A stretch of 64,000 bases of DNA. Source: Klebsormidium nitens (lineage: Eukaryota > Plantae > Klebsormidiophyceae). The stretch spans positions 49,307-113,306 of the forward strand of contig DF237232.1 of the NCBI GenBank assembly GCA_000708835.1. Reading direction: 5' to 3'. The stretch's first letter is position 1. Each line of letters opens with the position of its first letter. The notes beneath the pieces were generated by a model, which saw only the letters and a program-made list of their open reading frames with translations, was not told the origin of the DNA and made no database searches. The translations under genes were made by a program, and so were the position numbers. Shown here piece after piece: positions 25,201-37,839 of the stretch.

Positions 25201-25651
25201 GGGGTAAGAGACAGGCCGCTGGAAGGAACTAGCATACACACCTTGGCAAGCTGCGCAATGGCTTGCACGCCATCTGAGTTGAGAACGTTGTGTAACAGGA
25301 TGACATGATCCCGGGTCAAGTAGACATGGCATGTCTTTCCAATCTTTTCAAAAGCGGGTACAAATCCTGCACAACCACCACAGATAGTGTGACCTTTTTC
25401 CAACCAACATGTTAGATTGAAGTCCTACGACGTGATCAGAACGACAAATGACTGCCATCAATCAGATAGATAGAGAGAAGCCTGTACATTCTTGCTAGAG
25501 TCCGAGAGTCCCAACTTCAGCTGTTGGAGATCCCAAATGGTCATTGTGGGGCAAAAGGTGACCAGACAGCAAGATTGACAATCTGTCACATATACTCACG
25601 CTTCTCTAAGATATTTACGCCTCGATCAGTGAAGGCAGCCTTAAACTTCAT
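22242..25651 (-). CDS. HUS1: Checkpoint clamp (9-1-1) subunit HUS1, about 310 aa
   Basis: Eight phase-consistent exons: 25600-25651, 25242-25366, 24844-25038, 24486-24593, 23998-24175, 23081-23163, 22856-22925, 22242-22363. Translation MKFKAAFTDRGVNILEKRFVPAFEKIGK...FDDYRISSQNND.IAF...KLVKK...MPFLTFESKGYRSAILQDVPIS...VNMKHFVRSLQCHLTKPD...ISLQYRLPVL matches plant HUS1. Confidence 0.96.
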
Positions 25652-26138
25652 TATTTGACACCTCAGGCTCCTGGAGATGACAGTTCGGCACCCTGACTTC
25701 AAACTTTTGCATGTCCTGAAAAGGGTGCATTCAGTGCCCCCCAGCTTTGTAACACCTGGCAGTGGTGCAGTTACAACTCACAGTCTGCCCTTTCCTTCTG
25801 CTGGGGCGCATAAGTTGCTGCCAAAGAGCATTTTTTGCCGTTTTGGATATCAAAGTGATGCAATTGCAACCACTTTCTTTCATTCTAGGTATGCAGAGGA
25901 TGCACAGCTTGCAAAGTTACGTGATTGCAGAAACCCTTATGAAAAGCTTGTAAGCACACAAAAGGAGCAAATGCATCTTTTTTGGCTGGTATGCTGATGC
26001 AATGTGGCACCACTGTGATCCTGTAAGAATCAGATAATGCTGGCATGAGCCTGCTGCCTAGAGCCTGGTCGAGGGGCATGGACGCCACGATTGTGCAGCT
26101 CAGAGTTACAACTGTAGAGTCACACTCAGACTAGCTAG

Positions 26139-26182
26139 TCAGAGTCAGACTCAGACTCAGAGTCAGAGTCAGAGTCAGACTC
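26139..26182. repeat. Hexamer array (TCAGA[G/C]) x7 in a divergent promoter
   Basis: tcagag tcagac tcagac tcagag tcagag tcagag tcagac tc, read directly from the sequence. Confidence 0.85.
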
Positions 26183-26196
26183 GCCCCAGTGCTAAA

Positions 26197-26205
26197 TTAG
26201 GGTTT
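26197..26205. promoter_or_regulatory. Telo-box (TTAGGGTTT)
   Basis: Single telo-box immediately after the hexamer array, upstream of the presumed 5'UTR exon (donor at about 26392) of the zinc-knuckle gene. Confidence 0.45.
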
Positions 26206-26860
26206 CGCAAGCTCTCGTGCCCCCGTGCTCTCACGCTCGTGCTCTCGTTGCCCAGCTCAGAACTGACAGAAGACGGAGACGGTTCTCTCTGGCGACGTGG
26301 GGCAAAGGCGGGCGCAAGGGCGGGCTCACGCATTTGCCGTGAGAACAGGCTTGGCACGGGCTGCAGCTGATTGCGGCCATCCTGAACGCAGGTGAATATC
26401 TATCAGTACCTCGGCTCGTAGCGCTTTTCATGAAGCATGCGGATCAATCTGCCTCCAGCAAATGAGGTTACCTAAGAGGTGATGTTGGCTCTAACGGATC
26501 ATTATTCGGTGTTTCCCTTCAGGGTCTCAGGAAGATGTGGCTTAAGCTTGGATAAGGCCCTCACGGTTTCTTGATAAAATTTCCACACAACTTGTATGCA
26601 CCTTGCAACTTGCTGCAGGAAGCAGGACAACATTGGCAGTGGGATACGTAGCCCGGGAGGTTTTGCATAGCGCTTGGTGCGTTGACCTAAACCTTTGTCA
26701 GTGTCAGTATCATCAGAACCCTTATCTGTAAGTTACTCTGGTCCAAAACCTGGGAGTATAAGCTTTCCCATCAGTATTGTGGTGCAGCTGGGATTGGTCA
26801 ACAGCATTTTCTGATCCACGCCCCTTTTGAAGCAGCAGGAGGGATACTTGTCGGGACACG

Positions 26861-29858
26861 ATGTTCCGCTCTCATCGAGATGATCGCTTACGGAGGCATA
26901 GTCGAAGCCCCGTCCGCCGCGAAAGGATTGACGAGCGCACGCGGGAATACGAGCGTCCAAGTCGCCGGAGCCGAAGCCGGAGCAGAAGCAGGAGCAGAGA
27001 CCGAGCTCCAAGCCGCCGGTAATTGTCTTGATGGTCCTGGGAATCCTAAGCAGAGAGATGCATATATGTGACCTTTCTTACAAGTGCGGATGCAATCCTA
27101 GCTTGTCTGTGTGCATGGCCTTGTTTCCGCCATGTTATGAAAGATTGTTGTTTCAGCTTGCAATCAAATGCTACGAGCTACTCGTAAGTGGTGGTCATTT
27201 TGTGTCACCCTACGACATGCTGCTCTTGTTGATCTGAGTGTGGTTGCATCGGAAGACCTCTGATGATCATCAAGCATGGCGCAGCCCATGCTTGGTTTGA
27301 TTGTCGGTTTATGTTCGTATTTTGGATGTTGCAGCCTTGTGTCACCTAGTGCTGGCCTGTTCATCAATCTTACACTGACAAGCTTCTTTCCAGCCTGCAT
27401 TCCTGTGGTTTGCTGCTCCTGCAACCTTTTGACCCCTGTGCAGGCATGGGGACCGCAGCCGCAGCAGAGAGCGCGGCTATGACCACTCGTACGGGCGTGT
27501 GGAGCGGGACAGGGAGGCAGAGTATGACCAGTACGCGGCTTTTGGGGGCTACGGTTATGCCGGCTATGGCATGTACCCTGCAGCGCCGTATGGGGGGCCG
27601 GTGCCAGGCTTGCTGGGCGACTCATGCTTTGTGTGTGGCGGGATCGGGCACATTGCTCTGGACTGCCCCAGCCGGGAGACGCTGCAGCGCGGACGGGTGG
27701 GGGTCGCCAGGATGAGCCGGGAGCGGGAAGTGGAGAAGTGCTTCGAATGCGGGAAGCAGGGGCATCAAGCAAGAGAGGTGAGGCGGGGACGCGGAAAGAG
27801 GGGCTCTGGGCTGCACCCTCAAGTGCTGCGGTGTCAAGGGGGCTCCTGCTGTTAGGAGGCACTCCTCTCCTAGTGTTATGGAGATGATCGTTGATCGTAA
27901 ATGTGGGGGTCGGGCAGAACGGTGACACTTGGTGGGCATTGGGCCAGGTGAGTTTTTGGGGTAGAAGTTGCAGCACCCCACCTGATCGAAGGATGCGGGC
28001 AGTCTGTGGCAAAACTGGTGGTGCCTGCCTGCAACGAGGGTGGCCACGCAGCACTGACGGAAAGAGGGCTCAGCAGATTTCCTGGGAGCTCGCGATGGGT
28101 CCGGGGTCGGTTGAGGCTTTTGTTGCCGAGGCGTGTGGAATCGGTATAGTCTGGGGAGAGTGGGGGCTGTGAGAAAGGGTGCCAGTCACGGGCCTGCAGC
28201 CGGCCTGGATCAGACTTCCCAAGCGCTTCAATTGAGCCGGTACGAGGACACAGAGCGAACTGACCCATCACCGCTTGTGATTCGAAGATGTTCTGTGTAC
28301 TTCCCTCTGGACTAACCTGCAAGAGTCTCAGCTGATGCAATTAGCTTTCAGATATGTCACTCTCTATCACTCTAATCTAGCCTCCTAGGAAGCTCCCTAA
28401 CGTACTGAGCGCTATACAGCTTTTGCTGTTTCAAGCGACTCTTGTTCAAGTTAGCCTTCTCCTGCATCTTCGCAAAAAGACGCCTCTGCCGCTTTTTGCA
28501 GTGTCCGTTTGCCAAGACAGTCCATGAGAACGGCGCCCCCGTCCCCCGCTGCTACACCTGTAACGCTGTGGGCCACATTGCACGGGACTGCCCCCAGCTT
28601 ACCCCTCCTGCCCGCAACCGCAGTCCCCCTCCTCGTCGTGCGGACCGAGTCCCTGATGAGGATGACAGACCGCGACGGGATCGGGAGAGAGCAGCCGACA
28701 GGTCCCCCAAAAGAGAGCGCTCACCTGAGCGGCGCCGGTCGTCCCTTCCTCCGCCTCCTCCCCCTCCCCTCGGTCGCCCAGGTGGAAGCGAACTCGGGTG
28801 CTTCATCTGCCATGCGACGGGGCACTTCGCCCGAGATTGTCCGGAGAGGGGCGGCCCCAAGGACCCCCGGGCTGACGACTACATTCGCAGCAGAGGGTAT
28901 GGTCTTGGCGTGGGTCCTGGCATGGTGGGCCCCAGCCTGGCGTATGCAGCAGCGTACAGGCCGTCGGCCATCCCCGTTACTAAGCCCCGCCGCGGTGAGG
29001 CGGTCTGCTACGAGTGCGGGCAGGTCGGACACTTCGGCAGGGAGGTACGTGGCTCTATCGACCTGTTTCATACGTATCGGTGTGCAGCATAAGGGTCTTG
29101 TCGAGGTGGTGGTGACTGGTGCAGGGCTCTGCTCGAGGGCTGACATCTCCAGCCTGAAATTTTTTGGGTCAGGTTAGGGCACGTGCAAAGATCCGCCTTG
29201 GCTCGCCACTTGTGGTTCAGGCAGAGTTCGTGTTCGGTGCTGATGGCGCAGTCACCTGGCCTTCGCTTACGGGGCCCAACATAATCATGGGGATAACAAT
29301 ATAGACGAGCAGCTTTTGCTAGTACGCACTGTGACTTGGAAAGCGCCCTTTGAAGTCATAGTCGTCAACACAGTAGTGTCTCCTGGAATCCACAAGCTAT
29401 CAGTTTCAGAACTCCACAACACTTTGGCAGACAAGTCCGGTAGAAGAACACCCATTGCATCATTGACTGCCTAAGCTTCCGCTCTCCTTTTTATGTTGAC
29501 CTCAATGTCCCTGTCAGCTTTTGCGGTAAGCATTGACACGGCTTTTGTTGCTCCTTGGCAGTGTCCTGTACGGCTGGCTAACCATGGCCGGAGGGGCGAT
29601 TACAGGTTTAGTAGGGAAGATCGGGAGGAAAGGATGGAGCGAAGATTTGACGAGGACCGTAAGGAGGCTGCCCTTAACAATGATTTGGAAGACTACATGA
29701 AAGCAAAGCCTGCAAAGGAGAGAGATCATAATGGTGGTGATAGGGCTGAGCGGGATGGGAGTGAGGCTCGGGAACGAGAACCAAGCATGGGTGGTTCTCG
29801 AGAGGGCAGCAGTGAGCGCAAAAGAGATGGGAGCATGGAGCGCAGGGGTGAGAATTGA
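26861..29858 (+). CDS. RS-rich multi-CCHC zinc-knuckle RNA-binding protein, about 443 aa
   Basis: Exons 26861-27018, 27444-27777, 28502-29044 and 29562-29858 join in frame. N-terminal RSRSRSRSR tract. Five CX2CX4HX4C knuckles: CFVCGGIGHIALDC, CFECGKQGHQARE|C, CYTCNAVGHIARDC, CFICHATGHFARDC, CYECGQVGHFGRE|C. Arg/Glu/Asp-rich tail. Confidence 0.88.
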
Positions 29859-30149
29859 TGGGACGAATGAAGGTGCAAATCACTATGGGTACGAGGAGCT
29901 ACCATTGGCAGATTATGTGCGCTAGTGGTGAGCTTGATTGCAATCATCTGGGCGGGTCTGAGCACAAGTGTCACACTCCAGAGCAGTGGTGGAACTTGGC
30001 AGGGTCGGATGAGCCACCGAACCAAGATATTGAAGCACTTTTTATTCACATTCTAAGAAGTTTCTCAGGCTGCTGCAGAAGCCGTGTCGTTCTGATAATC
30101 TTGGAAGGCGGACCGACTGTCTGACATGTTCTTTGGAACTAAAGTGGTG

Positions 30150-30720
30150 AGATTGGTGCATGTTCGGCTCTGCCATTCATGTTATCAAATGCATGTCGGG
30201 TGTACGTTGATATGTTATATTCAATACCAACTCTCCTCTACATATCGATGCCAGTACGTAGCATCCTAGTCCGCGCGCATATGCCGTCTGATGTCTGGCA
30301 CGTGAAGCTAGTACTTGCATGAGAATCATGTAAATCGGATTTACTACATATACACATGATCGTTTGTTTCAATCATGCATAGGGTGCAACACTGCACAAT
30401 CGATCAATCAGAGTTCCTGGTCTTCCAAAATAAGTTAGACCAAGCCATCGCGCAGGGCTTCATGCACTTGGACATGCCACATTCAGATTGTCCGTGCACG
30501 CGAAAAGAACAGTAAAGTATTACGATAACATGCTGCATCTGAGTGACACCGTGTATCACTGATCTATGTCTATGAAAGCTTGTAACATGTATGCTGATTT
30601 TCTTCACAGGTTAAGATGGAGGGTAACTGCACTGCCAAACTTGAAAGTACATGTTTAAAAATACGAGAGTCATCAAGCAGAGTGTGAAAGTGACGAACTA
30701 CTAAGTTAGCATGACATAGC
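30150..30720. other. Palindrome-dense convergent spacer tract D
   Basis: Lies between the zinc-knuckle gene (+) and NF-YB (-). 20 palindromic 4-mers in 30241-30360. Boundaries are approximate. Confidence 0.7.
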
Positions 30721-30926
30721 CTGATTGGTCACTTTGAAATTGGTCGTGACCGGACCCACTAAGTGGTCCGCTGCCTAGCCCAAAAGTCTGCCCATACTTG
30801 AGGGAACCTCCAGTCAACAAAGGAAAAGAATGTTTTTGTGAGCATGCTATGCTCGTGACGGGCCATGATTACAAAGAGAGTGCTTGAACACCACAGTGTT
30901 CCGGTGTTTCTGCTTACTTGCGTAAG

Positions 30927-32515
30927 CTATGATGGACCAGAAGTCGGTTGCTGGCTTTGGTATGGATTCCCACTCTGAGGAGGAGCAAACTGCAAATTTG
31001 AGGGGCCAAAGTCAGTAAAACATGTGATCGAACCCTCAAGAGCGCGTGCGCATCCAAGTTCTAATCTTCTATCCCCAAGGTGCTTCCCCTCAGCTACAGT
31101 CATTAGTTTGGAAGCCGTCCTATCAGCTAGACTCAAACGGAGTTCTTCAGTACAACATACCAAGACGAGTTTGCTGAAAGTTTTGGTCAACCCCAATTAT
31201 GCAAATAATGCACCTGAAACACTTGCCTGAGTTCCATACGTTGGTCCGCCATATCCGGGTTGCATCGCCTGCAGTGCAAGCACTGGTTTTAGACTTCTTT
31301 GTTCAACCATTTTTTTCTAATTTAACTCATTAGTGTTTAACGCTGGTTTCGCGCCACAAATCCATAAAAGGTGCCTCTCAAAATAGGGCTGGTATAGAAG
31401 TTGCACAAAATCCAAGATAGGTTAAAGCAATGCTTTCTGAGAGCACTTTTACTGACTGTCAAGTCATGCCTTCATAAAACAGAAAAGCATAACCGCATTG
31501 GCTTGGTCCTGATGGAAAGAGACTGCCACCTGATGATATGAGCCCATTTGGACATTCTCCTTTCTGCCCATGTCACCTCCACCTTGCTTGGCTAACGACG
31601 CCTTCTCACCCTGCAGAGGACGCACAGAGTGATGAAGACAAAAGAGCATAGCATATAGATGCAGGAAAAGGGCGCAGGCTGTCCTATCACTTGAACCAAA
31701 TGGCAGACCACACCGGAATATCGTGAAGCTTCAGGCAGGGAGCAATCGGAGGCAATGCAACAAGTGCGTCCAGAAGCTCACCTCAGTCTGTCAGCAAGGG
31801 ACGCCATCATGCAAGACACGTAGGGGCAAGAGGTCAATGATACAAACATGTAATATTTTGAGGCCTAGAAGCAAAGATTCTTCAAGGTGCACCAAGTGCC
31901 ATTTCGATAATTGCAGCACACATTTCAAGCTCTCTGGTGGAGATTCAAGCATTGCTATGCAGACACGAGCACCTTGAGTGTGATTCGGCCACCTCACCTC
32001 TCTGTACTTGTGTAGGTACACTTTGAGCGGCTCCACATAGTCCTCAAAGCCAAGCGTGCTCATTGCCCACAAAAGATCGTCGCCGTTGATGGTCTTCCGC
32101 TTTTCTCGCTGGCACTTGTCACTTGCTCTGGGTGGGTCAGCAAGGTCAAGGAAGAATCAAGATGAACAAGAGAGGGCCTCAAATGACAGCATAGGCAGTA
32201 AAGCAAGGAGCTAGCATTGACAATCTGATACAAGGAGAATAGAATGCTCAACATGTATTCTACGGTGTCTGTTGCAGGATACTCGCTTGTGATGAAGCTG
32301 ATGAACTCGCTGACGCACTCCTGCACAGTCTCCTTGGCATCCTTGGCCACCTTGCCATTGCTTGGCAAAGCCCGCTTCATGATGCGGCCAATGTTGGCAA
32401 TTGGGAGAAAGCGGTCCTGCTCCCTGATGGACGAGCCATCGTTGCCCTGCTGCATATACTCTCCACCTTCCCCAGGACTCCCGGGATCACCTGACCCGTT
32501 GGCATCTTCAGACAT
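30927..32515 (-). CDS. NF-YB: Nuclear transcription factor Y subunit B (HAP3), about 184 aa
   Basis: Exons 32283-32515, 31998-32127, 31782-31787 (6-nt microexon), 31530-31610, 31227-31268 and 30927-30989. Histone-fold [91 protein letters not shown]. The C-terminal exons are less certain. Confidence 0.95.
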
Positions 32516-33520
32516 GATGTTCACTTTACTGAGTAAACAAGACTACTTTACTCTTGAACTCTGGGTACAGAAGTCTCAGATTTAGTGATGGTAAAAATAG
32601 AGGGATTTTGACATCCAGTAAGTGATGCACTGCCAGCCAATGAAGCTCTTGTTCCGAGCGTTTTGAAGCCCTCTAATGCCTCCTAGTATCAACTTCTCAG
32701 CTAGCTGAGGATGGAAAACAGGGGTATCACTTTATTGGAATCCTTGGCGCATTCCAGAATGCCGCCTAAGGAAGGATACAGTGATAATTTTCAGCTTGTC
32801 CGAAGTGCCGCGTCCTTTCTAGGTGGACCCTCCTCCTGAAGCTGAAACAGTGAAAGCAACCACGTAGAAAGCAAGCACGCAGGCTCCAGCCCCAATGGTG
32901 CTCGTGTGTTGTGGCCCGTGGGTCCTGCTTCAGAGTGAGGGCGCACAAATTTGAACACAGCATGCGAACGGAAAACGAGTCCTGGTCCGGTTATCCTAGA
33001 GGTCGGGGTCGGCGAGAAACCCGCAAAGTGGAGAAATGCACCGTCGGATGACAATTGTGTGGGTGATGGACTGCTCAGATAACGCTGATTCTCGGCCCTC
33101 AAAGTTGACCGAGCGCACCTCAGCGCTGTTGCCAGGCTTGCTCAATGCTGAGGCTTGAATCATGCACAAGAAGACAAGGAACAGAATTTGAACAGAGGGA
33201 CTCCAGCTGCCACAATTCGAAAGCCAACGTTGGGCCATACGGTATGCAAAAGGGCGCACAACCTTGGCTGGAAGTCGACATGGTATCAAACCGCATACAA
33301 GGCTCCTACGAGCTTAATTGAAGCTCACGGGGAGAGCCGTGAGCTGCATTTCTCAGCTGCCAATCCGCAGCCTGCCAGGTTGTGTTTACTTTGTCCATAG
33401 ACACGTTGGAAAGTTTCACATTGCTGGGCGTCTAAGGCTTGGTTGGTAGTGTCATCATCATAAGTCCGGACCTCGATAGACAGATGCTCCAGATCGCAGA
33501 GAGTCCATGAGAGCCATGGT

Positions 33521-36500
33521 ATGACTGGTAACATGAGCCAGGGGCGTGCCTTGACCCATGGGCATGTTGGCGCGCCAGGCAGAGATGTGGGACAAAAGAG
33601 CCAACACGAGCCCCTTGAGCACAGTCATGGGCATGGAAGCCCGCAATTAGGCTGTCAAGCACAAGGGAAGAACATGTCATTCGCAACAGGGAGTGTGTCT
33701 CCCAGAAAAGAACCGCGTGGGCGAAAACGAAGGTCAAAGTTGTCACAGGTCAGGGTCATCATAACCCTCCCTGATATCTTTCAGGCGGAAGGAGAAGACT
33801 GTGCGTGAGAATGCAAAAGTGCATGCAAGATTATGATGGCATTCGAAAGATTTGGCATAGCTAATGAGGGTTTCTTGCTGTGATGCCATTCTTGTCCCTT
33901 ATTGTGCTCCCGCCATGAAGACACGGCTTCACATTTGCAGCAAATCTTTGTCTTCTTGGTCTCTGCTTAAGAGACCAAATCCAGTCTAACTTTGACTCGT
34001 CTTCATGCCTGAGCTTGTGAGACCCTTTGTGAATGTTGTTCCTATATCAAGCATAATGGATCACCATATGATCCTGTGATGTGTGCGCAGATTCTGCTGG
34101 GAGATGCCCCCCATGGTGGGTCCACAAGCACCAACGCTGGCCATGGACCCCCCTGCCTCCTGCCCCTTTCTGCGCATCTTCATATGCAGTTGCCGACCAA
34201 GCCTGAAGCAGTGTTCCTTTGCCCCTCTTCCAAAGGGCCCAGTGGAGGCCAGGACGCTCCTGCGACGTCCATTGCAGGGCCTCTGCTTCAAGAGAGCCCT
34301 TTGGGACTCACTCTCAAGTGAGCAGTGCAGACTTCCGTCTTAGCCGGCTAGCCTGAACTCTTGATCTTATTTTCTAGCTTCGCTGGACACTGTGAGCCTA
34401 CAGTGCAATCTGTGATCTGGAGTCTGCAAGTGGCTGTAAGAATGGTTTACTTTTTTGATGAGTGCACGCGGCTTTGATGACAATCTCTCGGTCGCGAGAA
34501 TCTGGCTCAGTTGTGTCTCTTCATGTGCAGAAAAACCCCGTCCCTGCTAGACCTCATCTCCAGTACTCTTGGATCCCGCCCATACGAAGGATGGCGGGGC
34601 CACGTGGAACCCCCCCAAGATATGCTGGGTGTCCCGGGCAGGCCCCCAAGGAGCATGCCCACATTCACTGGGATCAGCAGCGGCCCCAGCATGTTTGCTC
34701 CAGGGGGTGCCGCAACGCCGGCAGACAAGCTGAAGGCCTCAAACTTCGCTGCCCTTTCTGCAAAGATTGGAACCTGGGAGCGGCACTCACGCTATGAGGG
34801 AGACCTGGTGGCCAAGTGAGGCTCCTCCTAAAGCGATGAAGTGGGATTGTATTGCCCCGCTCAAGCATGTGTACTTGGATGGGTGATGTTGTTCAAGTTC
34901 TTGGCCTCCAAACTGGCTGTCTGTCTTGTGGGCGGGGTTGCGATTTCACTATGTGATTTTTGCAACGGCGTCCAAAAGCTGGGGCCGCTGGGCAATTCAT
35001 GCCGCTAGGTTGGGTAGCTGGTTCTCTGATTAAGGAGACAGTCCTTTGTCTCTACAATTGTGCTGCATTCTGGCGACAAGGAGCACGAACACAATCTGAG
35101 CGGAGGCCCCCACCCGGCGCAGGTGCTACTTTGCGAAGAAGAAGTTGGTGTGGGAGGTGCTGGAGCAGGGCCTCAAGAGCAAGGTCGAGGTCCAGTGGAG
35201 CGACATCAAGCGGATCAAGGCCGTGTGCTCCGACACGGAGCCAAACATCCTGGAGATTGATATCGTCAAGGCCCCCATGTTCTTCCACGAGATGAGCCCG
35301 CAGCCGCGCAAGCATACCATCTGGTCCAATGCGCCTGATTTCACGGGGGGACAAGCGACGATAGCCAGGTAGGATAGGGGAGCAAATTCCACCCTATAGA
35401 CTGCTTCTGTGACATTCCCTGCCATGCTGACCCTGCTAAACCATCCATTGACATAGTGAAAATCGGCTGCGGACAACGTCTCAGCACCAGGACAAATTGG
35501 TCACAGCCAGGGGAATCATCGCTGACATTGATGCACTTCCAAATTCCAGATATCGTGGAATCGAGCAGGCAAGGCATCTCGGCATGCTGGAGACAAAATG
35601 ATGATGCTGAGGGCCATTTTGCAGAAAGAGCGTCTGTTTGTCCAACAAATCTTCCACAAAAGCACAGAAGCTGTGGTCCCTGGAAGCTGGTTCCGGCGCA
35701 TCCAGAGTCTTCTTGTATGCATCAAATTTGTCTGCGTGTGGGCATGCTTGCCAGGATGACAGACTACCAATGCGGTCATTGACTATTCATTGGTCTTGTG
35801 GCTGGCACGCTGACCTTTCGCGGTGGGTGCAGGAAGCACGTGTTGACATTTGCGCCGGGCGTGCTGGAGCCGCACTACAAGAAGCTGCTGCTGTGTGACA
35901 GCCGCCTGCGCGCCATCGCAGCCGGCCTGCCTGAGCCGGTGGCCATGCGGCCCCCGCCCCATCACAGGATGCAAGTGCCCAGAGTGAGTGGGAGCGCTGC
36001 GCTGTCTTAACCACGCTGGGCAGGCAGCTGGCGCCCCTCTATCTTCCACTGCGTCGTCTTCTGTTAGCTCGATTATGAACCAACAGCACCATCCGAGGCT
36101 GATGCCCGCGCTGTACTCGCTGCAGCCGGTGGGCAGTTTCCCGTGCATGCCTACCCCCCGCCACTTCTCAGGACTGCCGGGCAGGCCAAGCGGAGCGGGG
36201 CTGCCGGGGCCTGTGCCATGGTCGGGGCTGGTGGACAACATGCAGCGCGTCTTGTTGCAAGAGCGGCCCGGCTCGCCAAGCTCTGGTGAGGGGCGGTGCC
36301 ATCCAGGGGGAGGCTCATACACAAAATGCTTGTCAGGAGAAGCTATGCAGTGGCAGCCCCTTGTTGCGATCTACGTTTTCTTTTGACCCCTGTGCTGTGC
36401 GGTTGCACTTTCACAACGGAGGCTGCTCCTCCGGAAGGCCTTGCTATCTGATGTTGGCCAGTGCGCCTGTCGGTGTCACGTTGCCAGCGGCTGGTGTCCT

Positions 36501-37237
36501 GTTCGTCCCCTGAATATCTGCTGATCCGATGACCATTTGATTCTGCAGTGATTGGCCGGGGGGATCGACCCTTTGGGGAAGAGAGTGGCAGCTCCGAGGA
36601 CACGGGCCATCTGCTGCCCCCGCCCGGCATGGGCTTTGTGGACGCCAACTTTGCGAGGGGCTCGGAAGGGGAGGACCACGACGACATGATGCTGGACAGC
36701 CCATTTGCGCCCGCTGAGGGGCCGTTCCCCGCGCTCGACTTTGCTCGCTCTCCGCCAGCGGGGCTGTTCCCGGACATGCCGTACGACCTGCCCAGCTCGG
36801 AGCTGCTCATGGACGCCGAGATGCAGGCAGCCGGGGAAGCGCTGGACGGGGCCGAGAACGAGGGGGCCGAGGCGCGGGAGAAGGAGGCAGCGGACCAGCT
36901 CTCGAGCAGCCAGCCCCAGGGCTTCTCGGTGTTTTCTGAGGGGGGCAGGTTACGCAAGTACGGCTTCTCCTCGAGTGTCCCGTCCCTGGGGTCCGAAATG
37001 AGTGCTTTCCACGTGGTTCGCGCAGGGCCGAAAGCGTTGCGTAGTGTTTATGGCAGGTCGCCCCCAGGCCCTAGCGTACTACACGATCTTGACAGCCAAG
37101 TGGGCAGCCGGGACTCTCTGCCAGGCTTTGGGGTGCCGGCTGTGCACCCACCTTTAGGCGGGGGAGCTGCCTCTGCTGGTGCATGGCGGCCAGAGCAGGA
37201 GTCAATTCACTATTTGCGAAGAATGGAGGGCCTTTGA
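33521..37237 (+). CDS. Plant-specific ASG1/At2g24100-like protein (PH-like conserved domain)
   Basis: Conserved blocks ESPLGLTLK|KTPSLLDLI (about 34300-34560), DKLKASNF...KIGTWERHSRYEGDLVAK|CYFAKKKLVWEVLEQGLKSKVEVQWSDI...PQPRKHTIW...DFTGGQAT (34725-35368) and RKHVLTF..GVLEPHYKKLLLCDSRL (35833-35983). Acidic last exon 36549-37237. The start codon and the 35940-36070 junction are uncertain. Confidence 0.8.
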
Positions 37238-37839
37238 AATCGACGCGCTCTGCCAGGAGCCTGTCGTGAACGGGTGAAGCAAATGCAGCAGGAAGCAGCC
37301 AGGCACAGGAGTAGCGGCCCTCTCAATCTGATCGGGCAATGTAAACTGTTGTATGGTACACTGCGCAATGACGTTGCGCTGCTGAGTGTACACGTCAAGC
37401 GTCCTACTGAAAAGAAACTCAGGTTTTCATAAGCTCAAAGTAGTGCACGGGTTTGGTAGATTGCAATAGGCTTCAGGTAAATGTTTGCAATAGAAATCAT
37501 TAGGCCGATTGAAACGACAATCAGACTAGCTTATGATCTTGTGTGAGCCGTGTTTGGCAGTGTGAGCAGGCCTGTGAGCCGCCAGCATTTGCGTGAGACC
37601 AAGTAGGATTACGAATGTAGAAAGGACCCTGTATTCGATGTACATTACTTTAGCCGAGTACTGTTCAAGCGTGCAAGCAAATCCGCTCTTTTAAGTATAG
37701 GATCCTAGGGTTTGAACACCTGCAGCATGCCAGGAGCTCGGCAAATGCGAGGCGGTCCGTAAATTAAGTTTTGAATTCTGGCTTACAAACGGGCCAAGAA
37801 ACGATCTTTCGCGATTCACTTGACGCACCACAACTAGAT

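Noticed and set aside
35984-36023. Apparent 40-nt micro-intron in the ASG1-like gene
   Set aside because: An alternative in-phase donor at about 35939 (CCG|GTGGCC) gives an ordinary 85-nt intron. This cannot be decided without RNA-seq.
15004-37715. TTAGGG-containing words as interstitial telomere
   Set aside because: Only isolated single units occur (15004, 15052, 26197, near 37706) with no array. They are better read as telo-boxes or chance.
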